Assembly (NCBI GenBank): GCA_951406725.2
Contig: OX597820.1
Location: 78,120,001-78,184,000, forward strand
Direction: 5' to 3'
Length of the DNA: 64,000 bases
From: Octopus vulgaris
Lineage: Eukaryota
Below are positions 1-13,574 of this stretch, piece after piece. Every line of letters starts with the position of its first letter. Position 1 is the stretch's first letter. Position numbers and translations under genes: made by a program. The notes under the pieces were generated by a model. It was not told where the DNA came from, made no database searches, and saw nothing but the letters and a program-made list of their open reading frames with translations.

Positions 1-284
1 ATTTCTATTAGAAGCGGAAAATTACAATGGAAATTCTTCGTTTCCATTTTCTGCTTTACGTTGAGATCTTTAAAAGCAGGCCAAATAGAATAAGACTTCG
101 ATACAAAAGTTACGGTAAGACAGCCATCTTTTGTATATGAACGGACTAAAAATGTCTGCTGTAAATTATAAAACAACTCTGATTGTACGTACATTTGCCA
201 AGCAAACTGATGTGAGACTCGGTTAAAAGAATGCGCGAACGCAACTTTGAAGAAAGATACAAAATTAATTTTTCTAATATAGTC

Positions 285-465
285 TCAAAGCCTGGTCATT
301 GGAGAAGGATGTCAGTCGATTACAAGAATCCCAGTATTTGACCGGTGTTTTATTTTATCAACCCGAAAAGGATGAAAGTCAAATTTGACCTCAGCGGTAT
401 TTCAACTTGGAACGAATAAAGCCTGAAGAAATGTCACTAAACTTTTTGTCTAATCAGCATCCTTA
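285..465 (-). mobile_element. Degenerate SINE family A copy
   Basis: Contains ccgaaaaggatgaaagtcaaatttgacctcagcggtatttcaact, the reverse complement of the family A core seen at 5610-5670. Confidence 0.65.
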
Positions 466-771
466 CTACAGTTACAAAATAAATAAAACTAAAGTCTATT
501 TGCCAACGTGAAGCGGTAGTCCCGCTTACAACGATGTTACTACTGTGTAACCCAAGGAAAACATCTTTTCCAGCTGGCAACCGATACGTCATCCGTGTCC
601 GTAAACTGTTAGGGTGCTCCCCACTCCAGCCTTAGCGATAACTGCAGACCAATAGTTTCTAGACAATGTCCCTTCCTCGGGACATGACAATCGCTGACTA
701 GAGATGGCAGCCACTCGACCTCGCCTACATCATATACTTTTAAAGGGACACACAATCACTGACCTCGTAAA

Positions 772-898
772 GAGAAAAACAATTAATTTTAAGTCTCTGA
801 GCGAGAAATATGTAGTAACAGTACTGCATAGTAAAGTCTATTTGCAGTACTTTTACTACTTATTTCTCGCTCAGAGATTTAAACTATTTGTTTTTCTC
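772..898. repeat. Fold-back inverted repeat, ~56-bp arms
   Basis: gagaaaaacaattaattttaagtctctgagcgagaaatatgtagtaacagtactgca (772-828) is nearly the reverse complement of 843-898. Confidence 0.85.
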
Positions 899-2674
899 CT
901 TAAATTTAACTAATTTTACAATGAAGGAACAAACTTAACAGAATTGAGAATTTCGTAAACACAGGCGGAAACTATTTAATAGTCAATGAACTAGTATGCA
1001 AGGCACAAGAATAGGACACGATTAGTAAATAATTTTACAGGCAGGTTAGATTAATATTAAAACAGATGTAAAGTGTAAGCTAAGGCGCACCAATAATCTA
1101 ATGGTCGTGCTATAAGTCATAGCTATTGCATTCTATATTGGACTCTAAACTTAGAAACACTAGGCAGGAAAACAGGATTATAAATCAATTTTGAATCCAA
1201 TATCTAACAGAAAAAGAATATATTTACTACATGTACAGAGAGATATGTGCAAAGATGTGTACTAAAGAAAAGTAAAAATATCTAGAAAAGATTAATATGA
1301 AACTAACAAACAGCTACAAATCTGAAGAAAGTAAGTATTTTCTGTCGTCAAGGAAGTTTAGAAGTAGAAAACAGAAACTGAAGTGTTAGAGCTTCAATGA
1401 CAAGTAGTAACAAAAACATAAATTGTGAAATGGCTAAAATCTGAGCTAAAAATACTTTGACAAATCGATGGCACGTAAAGATCCTTCATGACCTTTAGAG
1501 GGAAAAAGTTAGACAGTTTGGGAGTAGACAATTAAAATCGCATTACTGTTTGACACTGAAGGATTCGTCAATGTGGCACAAGATTAAACCCACAGTAAGC
1601 ATGTGTGAAGCATAATATAATAATTGAATGATAGGAGGAGATGAGGATGAAACAATAAACCGTTTTGAGACTGAATGTCTAATCTGAGACATCGAGAGAA
1701 AATTGGGAGCTGCACAGGAAGTTATGCCAGCATTATTAAATACGAAAGAAAAAAATATGTATGGTTGCTAGCACTGCTGCTGCTGCAGCTGTTGTTGTTG
1801 GTTTGTTGTTGTTTTTACAGATTAGAAAATAAACCTATAATCTAAATTATTCGTGCTTTGACTTTTAGCATCTTTTTTACTAAATCTCCTACTACTTTTT
1901 GTACAAAGTGTCCTTTGTTTATTCAAAACAGCGAGTGAGGTATGATTTGAAGGAAATTCGACTTAACTAATACCAAACACTTGCCTGCGCCTTGTAATTG
2001 TAACGATCAGAGCTTTTAGTGTGTCATTACATTGTAACACCAAAATATTAAATAATTTGCTAGTTTGCAGCATCACCGTGCGCCTGACTAAACCAAGTGC
2101 CAATCAGAAGAATAATTCCTGTTACAATATATTCTCTGATACAAAAAGTGTTATTTTTAACAATGCAGACACTACTAAAGTTACTTATTGGCAGCTCTTA
2201 GAGTTTATAGTCATTTTGCTTATTTGTGGTTTTATAGAATTATATTTGCCAATACTCAAATTTATCTACGTACGATAAACACAGTCTTTCATATGTGTTT
2301 GCTGAATATAAATATTGCATATGGTAAAATATATTTTTTATCTAATAGTGTATATCAGAAGCCACAGAATTAAGTTTAGGAAGGAACCATGAGCAATAAC
2401 AGAAGGTTAAGAACCAAAGCTAACCAGAATTGTGGCACTATGCCAATGAGATAAATCGTTATTATATAGTTTATATATAGTTTTTATAAATTTTTGGCAG
2501 ATTCTTTCTTGTTGTTTCTGTGGCTCTCATATAAATGTCAACTTAATGTTTGGAGACGGTAGACATATCACCTTTGCAATAAAGTTTTCACGTTACATCA
2601 GGAAATATTAAACGTCGCTTTACTAAATAAGTGTATACACGTATCTACATAATTATTCTATGAATATAATACAA

Positions 2675-2852
<178 letters not shown>

Positions 2853-2854
2853 GA

Positions 2855-3625
2855 CAAGAAACCCCTGCATTTAACGGATGTTGGCAGCAAATGGATCGCC
2901 TGACCATCGGCACTCTTCCCATCCACAAAAAGTGGAAGAATATGTGTTCCAGTTTCGTGATGGTAGTATCGAGACAAGGCACCGCAGTCAGACAATAGTA
3001 GATGACGTATGCGATGTACGCATTCGCCACCTCGGCCCGGCCTTTTAGAGATAGTTTCCTCTCGGCCTATTTCTGGGTGAGAGTGGCCACCCTACTCGTT
3101 ATCTCTTCCCAGTTCCTCTCCATTTGGAGGTCTGGACCGGACCAAACCCCGAGCAGTTTTACCGGTCTGTCCCACGATGGAAATGCTATTGGAAGGCATG
3201 GGCTTTCTTCTCCAGGTGACGAACCGCAAGTCCACTGACTTTTCCGGATTAAATTTCGCTCTCGTTACTGCTTTGAATTTCATTGATCGTCTGATATGCG
3301 ATCGAGTTGTTCCTGCGACAAAAATCCATCACTTGATGATGATGACCTAAAAGCTATAAGACTTTTTTTATTTTATTTTATTCGTGCTAAAAAAAAAGAA
3401 AACGTCCAAAAACGCTGTTTTGTGGTTGAACAACATCGACTGTTGTTGATATTAATGATTATTCTTTTGGTGTCTTGCTCACCAATCAATATGCCTGCGG
3501 CTTGACACTATGACGGTGACATCGTCTGCCTATACAGACACGCTCTTCCTGCATTCCAGTTCTTGTGGGGTGCCCCTCAGCATCACCAGCTTCCACAGAA
3601 GTGGCTCTAAAGCCAACACATGTAG
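2855..3625 (-). mobile_element. Tx1/L1-clade LINE fragment (RT region), interrupted by unrelated sequence at ~3290-3480
   Basis: Minus-strand peptides LALEPLL...V*ADDVTVIVS, AKFNPEKSV and [27 protein letters not shown]; homologous to 13250-14760 and 32552-34247. Confidence 0.8.
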
Positions 3626-3664
3626 TTGTTGTTGTTGTTGTGTGTGGTGGTGGTGGTGATGGTG

Positions 3665-3734
3665 ATAGATAGACAGAGAGAAACAGACAAACAGACAGAC
3701 AGGCATACAGACAGACAGACAGACACATAGATAT

Positions 3735-3776
<42 letters not shown>

Positions 3777-3797
3777 TGATAGATTGATAGATAGATC
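3665..3797. repeat. (GATA)n/(GACA)n microsatellite
   Basis: Direct inspection. Confidence 0.95.
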
Positions 3798-3914
3798 ATC
3801 TAGCCTAATATCATTAATGATTATTGAATATTGTCTTTGACAACTCTAGGCTTGTCAACATCATTATAATCTTTGGTATTGTTAATACACATATATGTAC
3901 TCGTTTACTACTAC

Positions 3915-4105
3915 CCGCACCATCGCTTGACAACCGATGTTGGTGTGTTTATGTCCACGTAAATTAGCGGTTCAGCAAAGAGACCGATAGAATAAGTACT
4001 AGGCTTACGAATAATACGTTCAGGGGTTGATTTGTTCGAATAAAGGCGCTGCTGCAGCATGGCCGTAGTCAAATAACTTAAAGCCATAAAGGGATAAAAG
4101 AAAGA
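3915..4105 (+). mobile_element. 3' half of SINE family B, followed by (GT)n
   Basis: catcgcttgacaaccgatgttggtgtgttt...gagaccgatagaataagtactaggctt...cagcatggccgtagtcaaa matches 25685-25860 and 52995-53160. Confidence 0.8.
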
Positions 4106-4121
4106 AATGAACGTGTGTGTT

Positions 4122-4193
<72 letters not shown>

Positions 4194-4754
4194 TTATATT
4201 CATTGTAAAAAAGAGACAACGTATTCTTGGTTATACAGCAAACGTAGATTAAGAGAGAGAATCTCTTGTCTGCATAGCTTTTGTATAAATTCAGCTTATA
4301 CAATCACCTTACTGAAATTCATTATAATGAGAAATAAGATTTTGCATAAGATTTTACCCATCAATCCAGTTGTATCTTATCTCGATTCCATCGAAGATAA
4401 CAGTTTCCGACCATTGCTAAAGTGACAAATGGTAGCCATTATGCATTGCTTACCACTATTTTGATAATGTGTAGACTCCAATAGATACAATTCAGATACA
4501 ACTAAAAGTGTAGCCCATAAATCGATGGCTTAGTCGATAGATATAGCATAGACGTATTTCATTTGCATCATACAGTAAAATGAATGAATTAGACACAATT
4601 CTTAACTTTTGGTTCGTTGCTTATATTTCGTCAATTTTTTTTTTGTCTTAGTTGCATTACTATGTTCTTTTGTGATTATATCACTCTTTTCTTTTTGTTT
4701 ATCTGTCTTGTGCATAATGGGCATTCTTGGAGATATTTTCACAAATGTCTGTTA

Positions 4755-4792
<38 letters not shown>

Positions 4793-4794
4793 TA

Positions 4795-4855
<61 letters not shown>

Positions 4856-5579
4856 ACATATATACATACATACATACATGTACTCAGGTGCGTACACATG
4901 TATATGTATACATCACATATATATACCGCTAGCGTAGACATACATATTAGATAAAATACATATTATATAAATATGTGTGGGTGCGTGTATGTGTGGGTGT
5001 GTGGGTGTATTCAGCTTTTTTATTTGCATACATATTTTACATTTACATCTAGTATATAATGTACACATAAATTGTGTACAGATAGATATTTGGAAACAAG
5101 TACACACACATGTACATAAACTAAATATATATATACGTACACAAATTCTGACATACACTCAGACACACACATTACACAATAACACCCACAACATACACAC
5201 ACACGCATACACACATACACATACAATACAGATGCATACATATCGACTTGCATGAAGATTCCTTAAAGTCCCATGTATATTTAGATCTTGTAAGCTACCT
5301 GCTACTATAATCGATTTTCCAAATTTTACCATGTGAGTAATAGAATGAGGTAGGAAGTGTATGTAGCACATGGTAAATGCTTTAGAAAAAGAAAAAAAAT
5401 TGAATATCATTTCTAATTCATGATTCTTTTTGCAAGTTTATAAACCTGACGTCTGTAAAATATTATATATCAGAATTCTGATTTAATGAAAAGACAAAGC
5501 AACTTTGAATTTTGCATCGTAGTATGCGTTATTAGGTATTAAGGATTTTCTTGTTCCGTGAAAATAGAAATAGATTCAA

Positions 5580-5832
5580 AAATGATAAGCGGTATTTCGA
5601 CTGCCATTACGTTCTGAGTTCAAAATTCCGCCGAGGTCGACTTTGCCTTTCATTCTTTCGGAGTTGATTAAATAAGTACCACTTACGCACTGGGGTCGAT
5701 ATAATCGACTTAATCGGTTTGTCTGTCCTTGTTTGCCCTCTCTGTGTTTAGCCCCTTGTGGGTAGTAAAGAAATGGATAATTCGCCTGTCGCTACGTTCT
5801 GAGTTCAAATTCCGCCGAGGAATTTGAACTCT
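5580..5832 (+). mobile_element. SINE family A with Tx1-like 3' tail, followed by a partial tandem restart ending in a short inversion
   Basis: B-box-like gagttcaaattcc, central gcctttcattctttcggagttgattaaataagtacc, tail tttgccctctctgtgtttagccccttgtgggtagtaaagaaa; then gagttcaaattccgccgaggaatttgaactc. Confidence 0.85.
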
Positions 5833-7517
5833 TACGTCGGTTACTTTATGGTGTTGCTTTGCATTTATAATTAAAATAGATATATACAAATTAATAAAAT
5901 AATAATAAGTATACAGTACAGCACTGTTTATACTTCGCGGATTTTCATCTATCGTGGAGTTTTGGGACGTAACACCCACGATAGTCGAGGGAATATTGTA
6001 CACGGAACAAGTCGTTGCACGAAGAGAAATTCTCGTTTCAGACAATATAGATGTAATGGACCGTAAGACGCATCGTTTCTGTGCCGTTACACTATATCAG
6101 CTACGTATACCAAGTCGTTGTTCATGGTTACGTTACTAGCAGCTGGTCCTTATTACATCAGAACAGTAAATATTTCATTTGCGGATGTGCGAAAAGATTT
6201 GTGAACATGGAATCAATTAATTAATTGATTAACTGAGGAAGAAAAAATAAAATTTACACTGGCGGTAGAGAAACGCAGGGATTCTAAGTTGTGAAATAAC
6301 ACAAGCCTTACATCTTTATACAGGAGTCAAATACAAACAGGTGAAACAGCACATTGAATTGCTTAAATAGTATGCTTCATCAGAGCTAAGTCGAGCTGAC
6401 TGGCAGTTAAGAGTTTGCCAATGTATCTCCAGTGAATGCAACTAGATATCCGAGACATGAGAGAAGTAACAGTACCAGGTCACAAAAGAGCTGAAAAATC
6501 CCTTAAAGTCATATTGAAAGGATGTAAACAGATGCAGTGTAACATCCTGAAACACATATGACACACAGCACGCAAAAGCTAGATCTTAAGAATGGCATAG
6601 CTAGGGAACATCTCCTAAGCAGGACAAAGACTTTAAAACACTGCTTGAATATCATATCAATATATCCGTTAATTGATGTTGCATGTGCTGTAAAAAAGTA
6701 AATATGTGGAGATGATTGCTGATATTGCATGTTTGCCGATATAGCATGCCTCAATGTGGATTCCAATGGGCTAGGATATCTTGTAAAACTCACTTATGGT
6801 AATAGAAATTTACAATCCCTATCTCAAACAGTTTTGCCACATGTGACCAGAAGGAGGTAGACCACCCACCATTAGCGTGGCTGTAAACGAGACTAACGCA
6901 GAGTGCTGGGTAGGATGAACTAAGCATATCCGAACTCCAAACGCCGCGCTAAACAAGACGGATTTTGGCACATGCTATCACAGAATAGTACTAAAGAGAC
7001 ACATATTTAAATTCGATAATAAACTATATACTCAAAACTGTGCAACCATTGAAACTGATATTTCTGATGGTGCGATAAAATAGTCTCGAAAATAATTACA
7101 TATATCAGCTCCAAACATCTAGACTAATGTTCCTATTGCAGAGTAGTATTTTTTTTTTACTGCAGTAAAATCCATCTTGTTTACTTTACATATTTATTTC
7201 AAATTCTTCAATGAGTACAACCTCATGAAACAGTTCAACAAAACAGTGAAAATTGCCAATGGAAAAAATGTGTGAAATATCTTCGAACCAAACTTAACCC
7301 ACCCCACACCTGCGAACACACTCGCACACACGGATTCCCAAAGAGTCACGACAACATAATAGTACTACCACGTATGAAATTGTTTAATATTTTCATATCT
7401 CCAAAAGTAATATTTATATATTACGGTATGTACTTGTCTGGCAAGTAATTTGATCTGAGATTATGTGTTGAAACTAAAAGAATCACAACTAGGAAGACAC
7501 ACATTACCTACTTAAAA

Positions 7518-7672
7518 CACACAAATTGTCAACTTCACTTAAACATTTATCATTTGGTGTCAAAATTTTGGCGCACCAACTGCGACCTTGTCGCTGACAC
7601 GATTTCATTGCATTCAGGGCCGAAATTTTCTACTCCAAATAAATGTTTAAATGAAGTAAAGAATCTTTGTGC
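7518..7672. repeat. Imperfect fold-back element (MITE-like)
   Basis: acttcacttaaacatttatcatttggtgtcaaaattttggc is roughly the reverse complement of gccgaaattttctactccaaataaatgtttaaatgaagt. Confidence 0.6.
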
Positions 7673-8176
7673 GATTTCTACTGCCTAATCTTTGTCTCCC
7701 ACGCAGTAAAATGCCTATAAATGCGTCGCCTTAAATGAAAATAACTTGTATGAAACATTTCACCTAACACAAATCACAAATTATTTAATCCGCTTTATCT
7801 TTTTACATTGAATGAAATAACCAGTGTATTTTCTATAAAAACTACTGTACATTTATTGCTCTCAGCAATTGTTTTGCATCATAATTTCCTGTAGAACAAA
7901 AATGTGATACTACTTGTTACTATACGTCATTTTCTGCGAAGTGTAATTGCATCCAAGAATGTCAAACAATTTGAGGTGAATAAGAAAACAATATAATGTC
8001 TTCATAAAAGTATCTTTTATTATTTCAATATAAGTTAAGGCACTTATATGTACGTTTTAGTTCGATAAGAACTTCAAGTTTAAAACAGCTCTCAGAAGAA
8101 ATTTAACGTCCTTAATTTTTTTTCATTTGTATTTATGTGTCTGTATATCTGAGAGAGTCTGTATTTGTGCGAGGAC

Positions 8177-8316
<140 letters not shown>

Positions 8317-8739
8317 ATTTCATTTAAGAAATTTAAGTATGAAAAAATTCTGTTTTGCTAGAGAGACTGTCAAATACTGAGATTACTTCAGAAAATAAAA
8401 TCTTCAAAATTTCAAGTGTAGAAAAATAGATTATTTTGATAAATGTAATTTCAATTGTAAAACAAAATAATTGATGATGGATTGTATGACTTGAAAAATA
8501 GTTCATATAATAAACAGTGTATAGTTTGAACACAACTATTGGGATATGTGTGATGTTATTCAAATGTACGATATTAATAATGTTCTCTCAAAACCATTAT
8601 CTATCATTCGGAGCTGAAGACATTATATCTTTAGAGTCATAATCAGTGTTTCAGGAGTATTTCCTCATCATGGGTTAAATGCGTTGATTACTCACACATT
8701 ACTCAATAAGCCTGCATGAACAGTGGGTTTACTTTCAGT

Positions 8740-8740
<1 letters not shown>

Positions 8741-8775
<35 letters not shown>

Positions 8776-8819
8776 AACTACCACCACCACCACCACCACC
8801 ACCACTACTACTACATACC

Positions 8820-8856
<37 letters not shown>

Positions 8857-8860
8857 ATAT
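8741..8860. repeat. (ACT)n/(ACC)n/(AT)n/(GT)n compound microsatellite
   Basis: Direct inspection. Confidence 0.95.
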
Positions 8861-9142
8861 ACATGTATTTGCGTGCATATATTTACATACATATGTGTGC
8901 GTTTGTGGTGTGAAGTATTTCCTTGGTGTACAGATATCTATACATGAGGGCTGCAGGTGAATTTAGAGTCTCACATGAATTATCTTTATCGCGTCTACAT
9001 TCAATAAAGTAGATTGAGAGGAATATTTTGAACTTATGGAAGACACACGAAGTGTCGAAATATTGTTCATTTGATAACAGTTGCATTCTTCTTATTGTTC
9101 CTTTACCTTCGGGAGAATTAACATCAATCCTTAAATATTACC

Positions 9143-9196
<54 letters not shown>

Positions 9197-9289
9197 CACA
9201 GCATCAATGATGAAAATGATGATGATGATGATGCTGACGATGATACAGAAACAATTTAATGTTATTGGAAAATATAAAACTCTTTCCTG

Positions 9290-9500
9290 ACTCACAGAGA
9301 ACAAATAAAGCACCAGAATCCTCCTAATAATCCTTGCTATCCCTAAGAGGCAAACTTCCTGTAGGAGCTCTACCGGGCATTTTATTTCAATCTCATTCAG
9401 CCATTTGTCTATACCTTGGCTTACTGTTTCCAACGCACCGATTACACTAGACACGACCTTTACTGTTTTCATGCTCCAAATCCTTCCTAGTTTAAAGGAT
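9290..9500 (-). mobile_element. R4/Dong-clade LINE, 3'-terminal fragment
   Basis: KTVKVVSSVIGALETVSQGIDKWLNEIEIKCPVELLQEVCLLGIARIIRRIL resembles the C-terminus of R4/Dong restriction-like endonuclease ORFs. Confidence 0.75.
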
Positions 9501-9526
9501 TGTATTTTCTATATTATTGCTATTGT

Positions 9527-9689
<163 letters not shown>

Positions 9690-10640
9690 GGAAAAACTCT
9701 CGGATAGTTCTTAATTTCCGGTTGTTCTTTACTTGAAAGCAGGCAATAACGAATCACCGAAGGCTTCAAATATTGCCTTCTCCTCTGACTCAAAGAAACA
9801 ATATTCTCTTTAGAATACGAGCTGTACCCAACACCGCTGTCTTCTGAATCTCTTGGAGACTGAGAGCAACTCCAATATTTTTAATATGTTTTTCAAAGTT
9901 CTTGGAAACTGTTCCCAATGCTCTAATTACCACCAGTATCACCATTACTTACCTCATGCCCCATAACTTTCCTATCTCGCCCCGCAGTGGCTGGTATTTT
10001 TGACTCTTTTCTGATTCCATACATTTCACCCTCGACTCGCCTGGTATTGCAACATCTATTATCTTTGCTTCTTTATCTTCTTTACGGACGAACACCACAT
10101 CCGGCCGTCTCGTTTCTATGACTTGGTCGCACTGTATGTTAAAATACCAGGGTATTTTGTAATGTTCGTTTTCCATTGCTCCTTCTGGCTTCTGTTCATA
10201 CCATTTTCCGGCTCTCTCAAGTTTTGCTTTACCGCCCAACATATAATGAACTTATCTGGCCACATTGTCGTGTCTTCTTTTGTATACGCGTTGTGAGAGC
10301 TTACAGCACTCACTGACAATATGGCTTATACTTTCTCCCTTCTCAGAGCACATACTACATTGCGGCGAGTCAGTGCTTTTATCAATGTGATATCTGAAGT
10401 AGTTTGTTTAAGAGCTGGTCCTTGAGCTCTGCATACTAATGCCTCATGTTTACTTTCACCCTGCCTAGCATGCACCCCATACACGACTTTCTCAACGCTC
10501 GTTAGTCACAATATGCAGGCAACAAATAGCAGAGGCGACAGACTGTCTTCTTGAAAGATTACTCTTTTGATATTTACCTCTCCTAGTCCATCTCCCCATG
10601 CTGTGAGTTCAGTTCGCCATGTTGCCACTGAGTTTTGTAG
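9690..10640 (-). mobile_element. R4/Dong-clade LINE, internally deleted (RT remnant, CCHC motif, REL endonuclease)
   Basis: IKRVIFQEDSLSPLLFV (RT); PQCSMCSEKGESISHIVSEC...KRRHDNVA (CCHC); NIQCDQVIETRRPDVV...IIDVAIP...KYQPL (PD..D..K). Confidence 0.85.
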
Positions 10641-10654
10641 GTACGTATGTATGT

Positions 10655-11160
10655 TCTCAATAGAGCATCTGCTTAGGAATCCTACTATCCTTCATTCAAA
10701 TGAGGTGTCCAGTTCAACGTAACCGGTGCTTGTGCACCATCGCCTCAATACGCAAGATATCAGCTGTCCTCAGGACCTGTGTGTCTAGAATTTTTGAGGT
10801 CCAGCCAACATTGAGAATGTATCTGAGACATTTCTGATGAAAGCGTTCAAGGACACTTACCTGACGTTTGTACAGAGTCCCTGTCTCACATGAGTAGAGA
10901 AGCGATGTCAGTACACATGCAACTTTTGTTCTCTTTGCGATGCATGAAGAACTTAAGCGAGCTGGGCGAAAGCGCACGGCTCACATAGTGAATGGTGAAA
11001 GCTTGGGCTGCAATATATGCAGTCGCGTATGCTTGTCAAGAGCAGGGCTCATTAGCCACCAACGGAGCCGCAAATGCAAAATATAAGTTAGTCCTAGAGC
11101 GCACAATGTTCCTGAAGGTCGGCAATGGTCTTCCTCGGTCACAAGTGGACGTCCATCATG
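10655..11160 (+). mobile_element. RTE-clade LINE 3' end with an inverted 5' segment
   Basis: 10655-10930 encodes VLTSLLYSCET...LERFHQKCLRYIL...HKHRLR*TGHL on the minus strand; 10935-11160 encodes CNICSRVCLSRAGLISHQRS on the plus strand and ends in (TATG)n. Both segments are collinear in the copy at 44208-46194. Confidence 0.8.
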
Positions 11161-12215
11161 TATGTATGTATGTATGTATGTATGTATGTATGTATGTATG
11201 TATGTATGTATGTCATTATTCAGTTGTGGTTTATATCGCACGCTGTGACAGATAGAGAGAGATTGAGAATTAGAAAATGATCAGGAATTTTCAATGGTTT
11301 TCTTGCTATCCGAGTTAATTATCAGAATGATTATTATTGCTTATTGCGTTATACGAAGTGTTATGGAAGTACAAATACATCACACAGTTTGCAACCGAAT
11401 AAGACAACATTCGTTTTACTCAATAATCAATGCAACATGGGAGGTTGAAATATTAGACGGACATTTTGTAATTGAAGAGAATATTGTCTCTGATGGTCGC
11501 TTGACTGTTCTTACCCTTTTGACTTATCGCACGATGATCGATCAATTTTCTAAGATATGTTCCAAACGGTAAACTACTCGAAACATAATGAATAATTTGA
11601 ATAACAACAAATGATAAGGGGCTTATGAGTTAAGACTAGATTCCTATGTTTTCTTTAAACTTGCATTGCAATTCATAATAACGTTAATACACACAAGTTA
11701 GAACAGACGACAAATTATAAATCCGTTGTACGTATGTATGCTTTCATTATTTTTTTGTCATCATCATTTCTGTTTGATAAACAAATTTATGGCTGCTAAT
11801 ATTCTTATCAGAGTGTTACGAATCAAGCTTTTTCTTTTTAATTTATATTTTTGTCTAGAACTAATGTTGCAATGAAATTTTCTGTATATTGTGTTTTTTC
11901 GTCTAATGGAATGATGTTGTTGTCTAGTCTGGTATAATATTACCCCAATTATCAGACTTCCTATTTATCATTTTAAACAAAACTGCCTGAATTTACAAAT
12001 GATTTATTGAGAGGTGAGATACTGGTATTAGTAAATATAATCTTGTTTTTGATACATTTCTAAACAGGATAAATATATCATCAACAGAACTACACCCAAA
12101 CACAGCTGTATTTCTATGACAAGACATGAAAGCGGGCTTAAAATCTGACACTCAAACATGAGAAAAGTTTTGTCATATATGTTCAAAAGATGGAGAGAAA
12201 AATAGATAAATAATT

Positions 12216-12222
12216 GTGTATG

Positions 12223-12270
<48 letters not shown>

Positions 12271-12288
12271 CATATGTCTGTATATATT

Positions 12289-12342
<54 letters not shown>

Positions 12343-12411
12343 ATGTGTGTGTGTGTTTGTGTGTATGTATATGTATGTATATATATATATACACATATAT
12401 ATATATGTATG

Positions 12412-12455
<44 letters not shown>

Positions 12456-12525
12456 ATTATATACACATACAATCATATATATATATATAAATTATATATA
12501 CATACAATTATATATATATATATAG
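12216..12525. repeat. (AT)n/(GT)n microsatellite
   Basis: Direct inspection. Confidence 0.95.
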
Positions 12526-12526
12526 T

Positions 12527-13021
12527 TGATTAATGAGAGACATGGAAGATGGATGATACGGGAGTGGATATTAATCACTAAAATTATTTCGACCCATCTA
12601 GTATCGATCCCTCACGAGTAGAATACTTAACAACTAGTTTAGAAGGGCGTTTATACAGTCATACATAATACTTATTTAGAAGGGCGTTTATTCAGCCATA
12701 TTTAATAATTATTCGTTGTGTTGTGTATTCGTTTCTTTTTCATCTGTTATTTACTATTGATCTTGTATAAAACTGAAGCTGTATCCTTTAATTTGCTGCT
12801 TTTCTATACACAGCCAAGAAGGTATCTCGCAAAACAGTCGTTGTTTTAATGAGACACTTCTTGTAATTCCCTAAAGCGACACATCTACTCAGACAGATAT
12901 TCCTGAACCACTTGCTAAGTATCTCACCAGTGAGGGTTCGATTCTAGGTGGGTCGAAACAATTCTAATGATTAAAATAATCATTTTCGTATCTTCCTTCT
13001 TCCGTTTCTTTCATTAATCAA
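12527..13021. repeat. Element with ~115-bp diverged terminal inverted repeats and a small internal tandem duplication
   Basis: gattaatgagagacatggaagatggatgatacg...ttcgacccatctagtatcgatccctcac versus gtgagggttcgattctaggtgggtcgaa...cgtatcttccttcttccgtttctttcattaatc; tttagaagggcgtttat occurs twice at 12638-12692. Confidence 0.7.
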
Positions 13022-13249
13022 ATACCCAACGTAAACTTTAAAAGTGAACGTTCTTTACCGGTAAGCTATCAGGTGTATGCCATACGATTTGTGATATGTG
13101 TGTCTGTGTGTGTTTGTGTGTGTGTAAAAGGAGATAGATAAATAAATATATAAGGCGTATGTATGTTTATACAGATGGATAGATAGATAGATTGGCACAC
13201 AGATAGATACAGACAGATAGATACATACATACAAAGATACATAGATAAC

Positions 13250-13524
13250 TTTCTTTATTGGCCACACAGGGCTGAATACAGAGGGGACAAATACAAATGC
13301 AGAGCTTTTCTTTTCGAAGATGGAAAAAGTAAAAAGGAACAAAAAAGGAAACAAATGTGCAATTCCGATCAAAAGTGGTCGGAAAAAAAAGGAAAGCGAT
13401 CAAAAGGGATCGTGTATCACAGAAACATGTAAGAAACAAGATTAGGTTCATCTGTGAGAAGAAAAGCCTACAGAAAAGACCACGGTAACCTCAGGCAGGG
13501 AGGAAATAAACACATGAGAGAAAA

Positions 13525-13574
<50 letters not shown>

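Noticed and set aside
6340-6800. Minus-strand CTGATGA-agca...tgct near a possible GIY-YIG remnant
   Set aside because: No GAAA follows stem II and the protein similarity is too weak.
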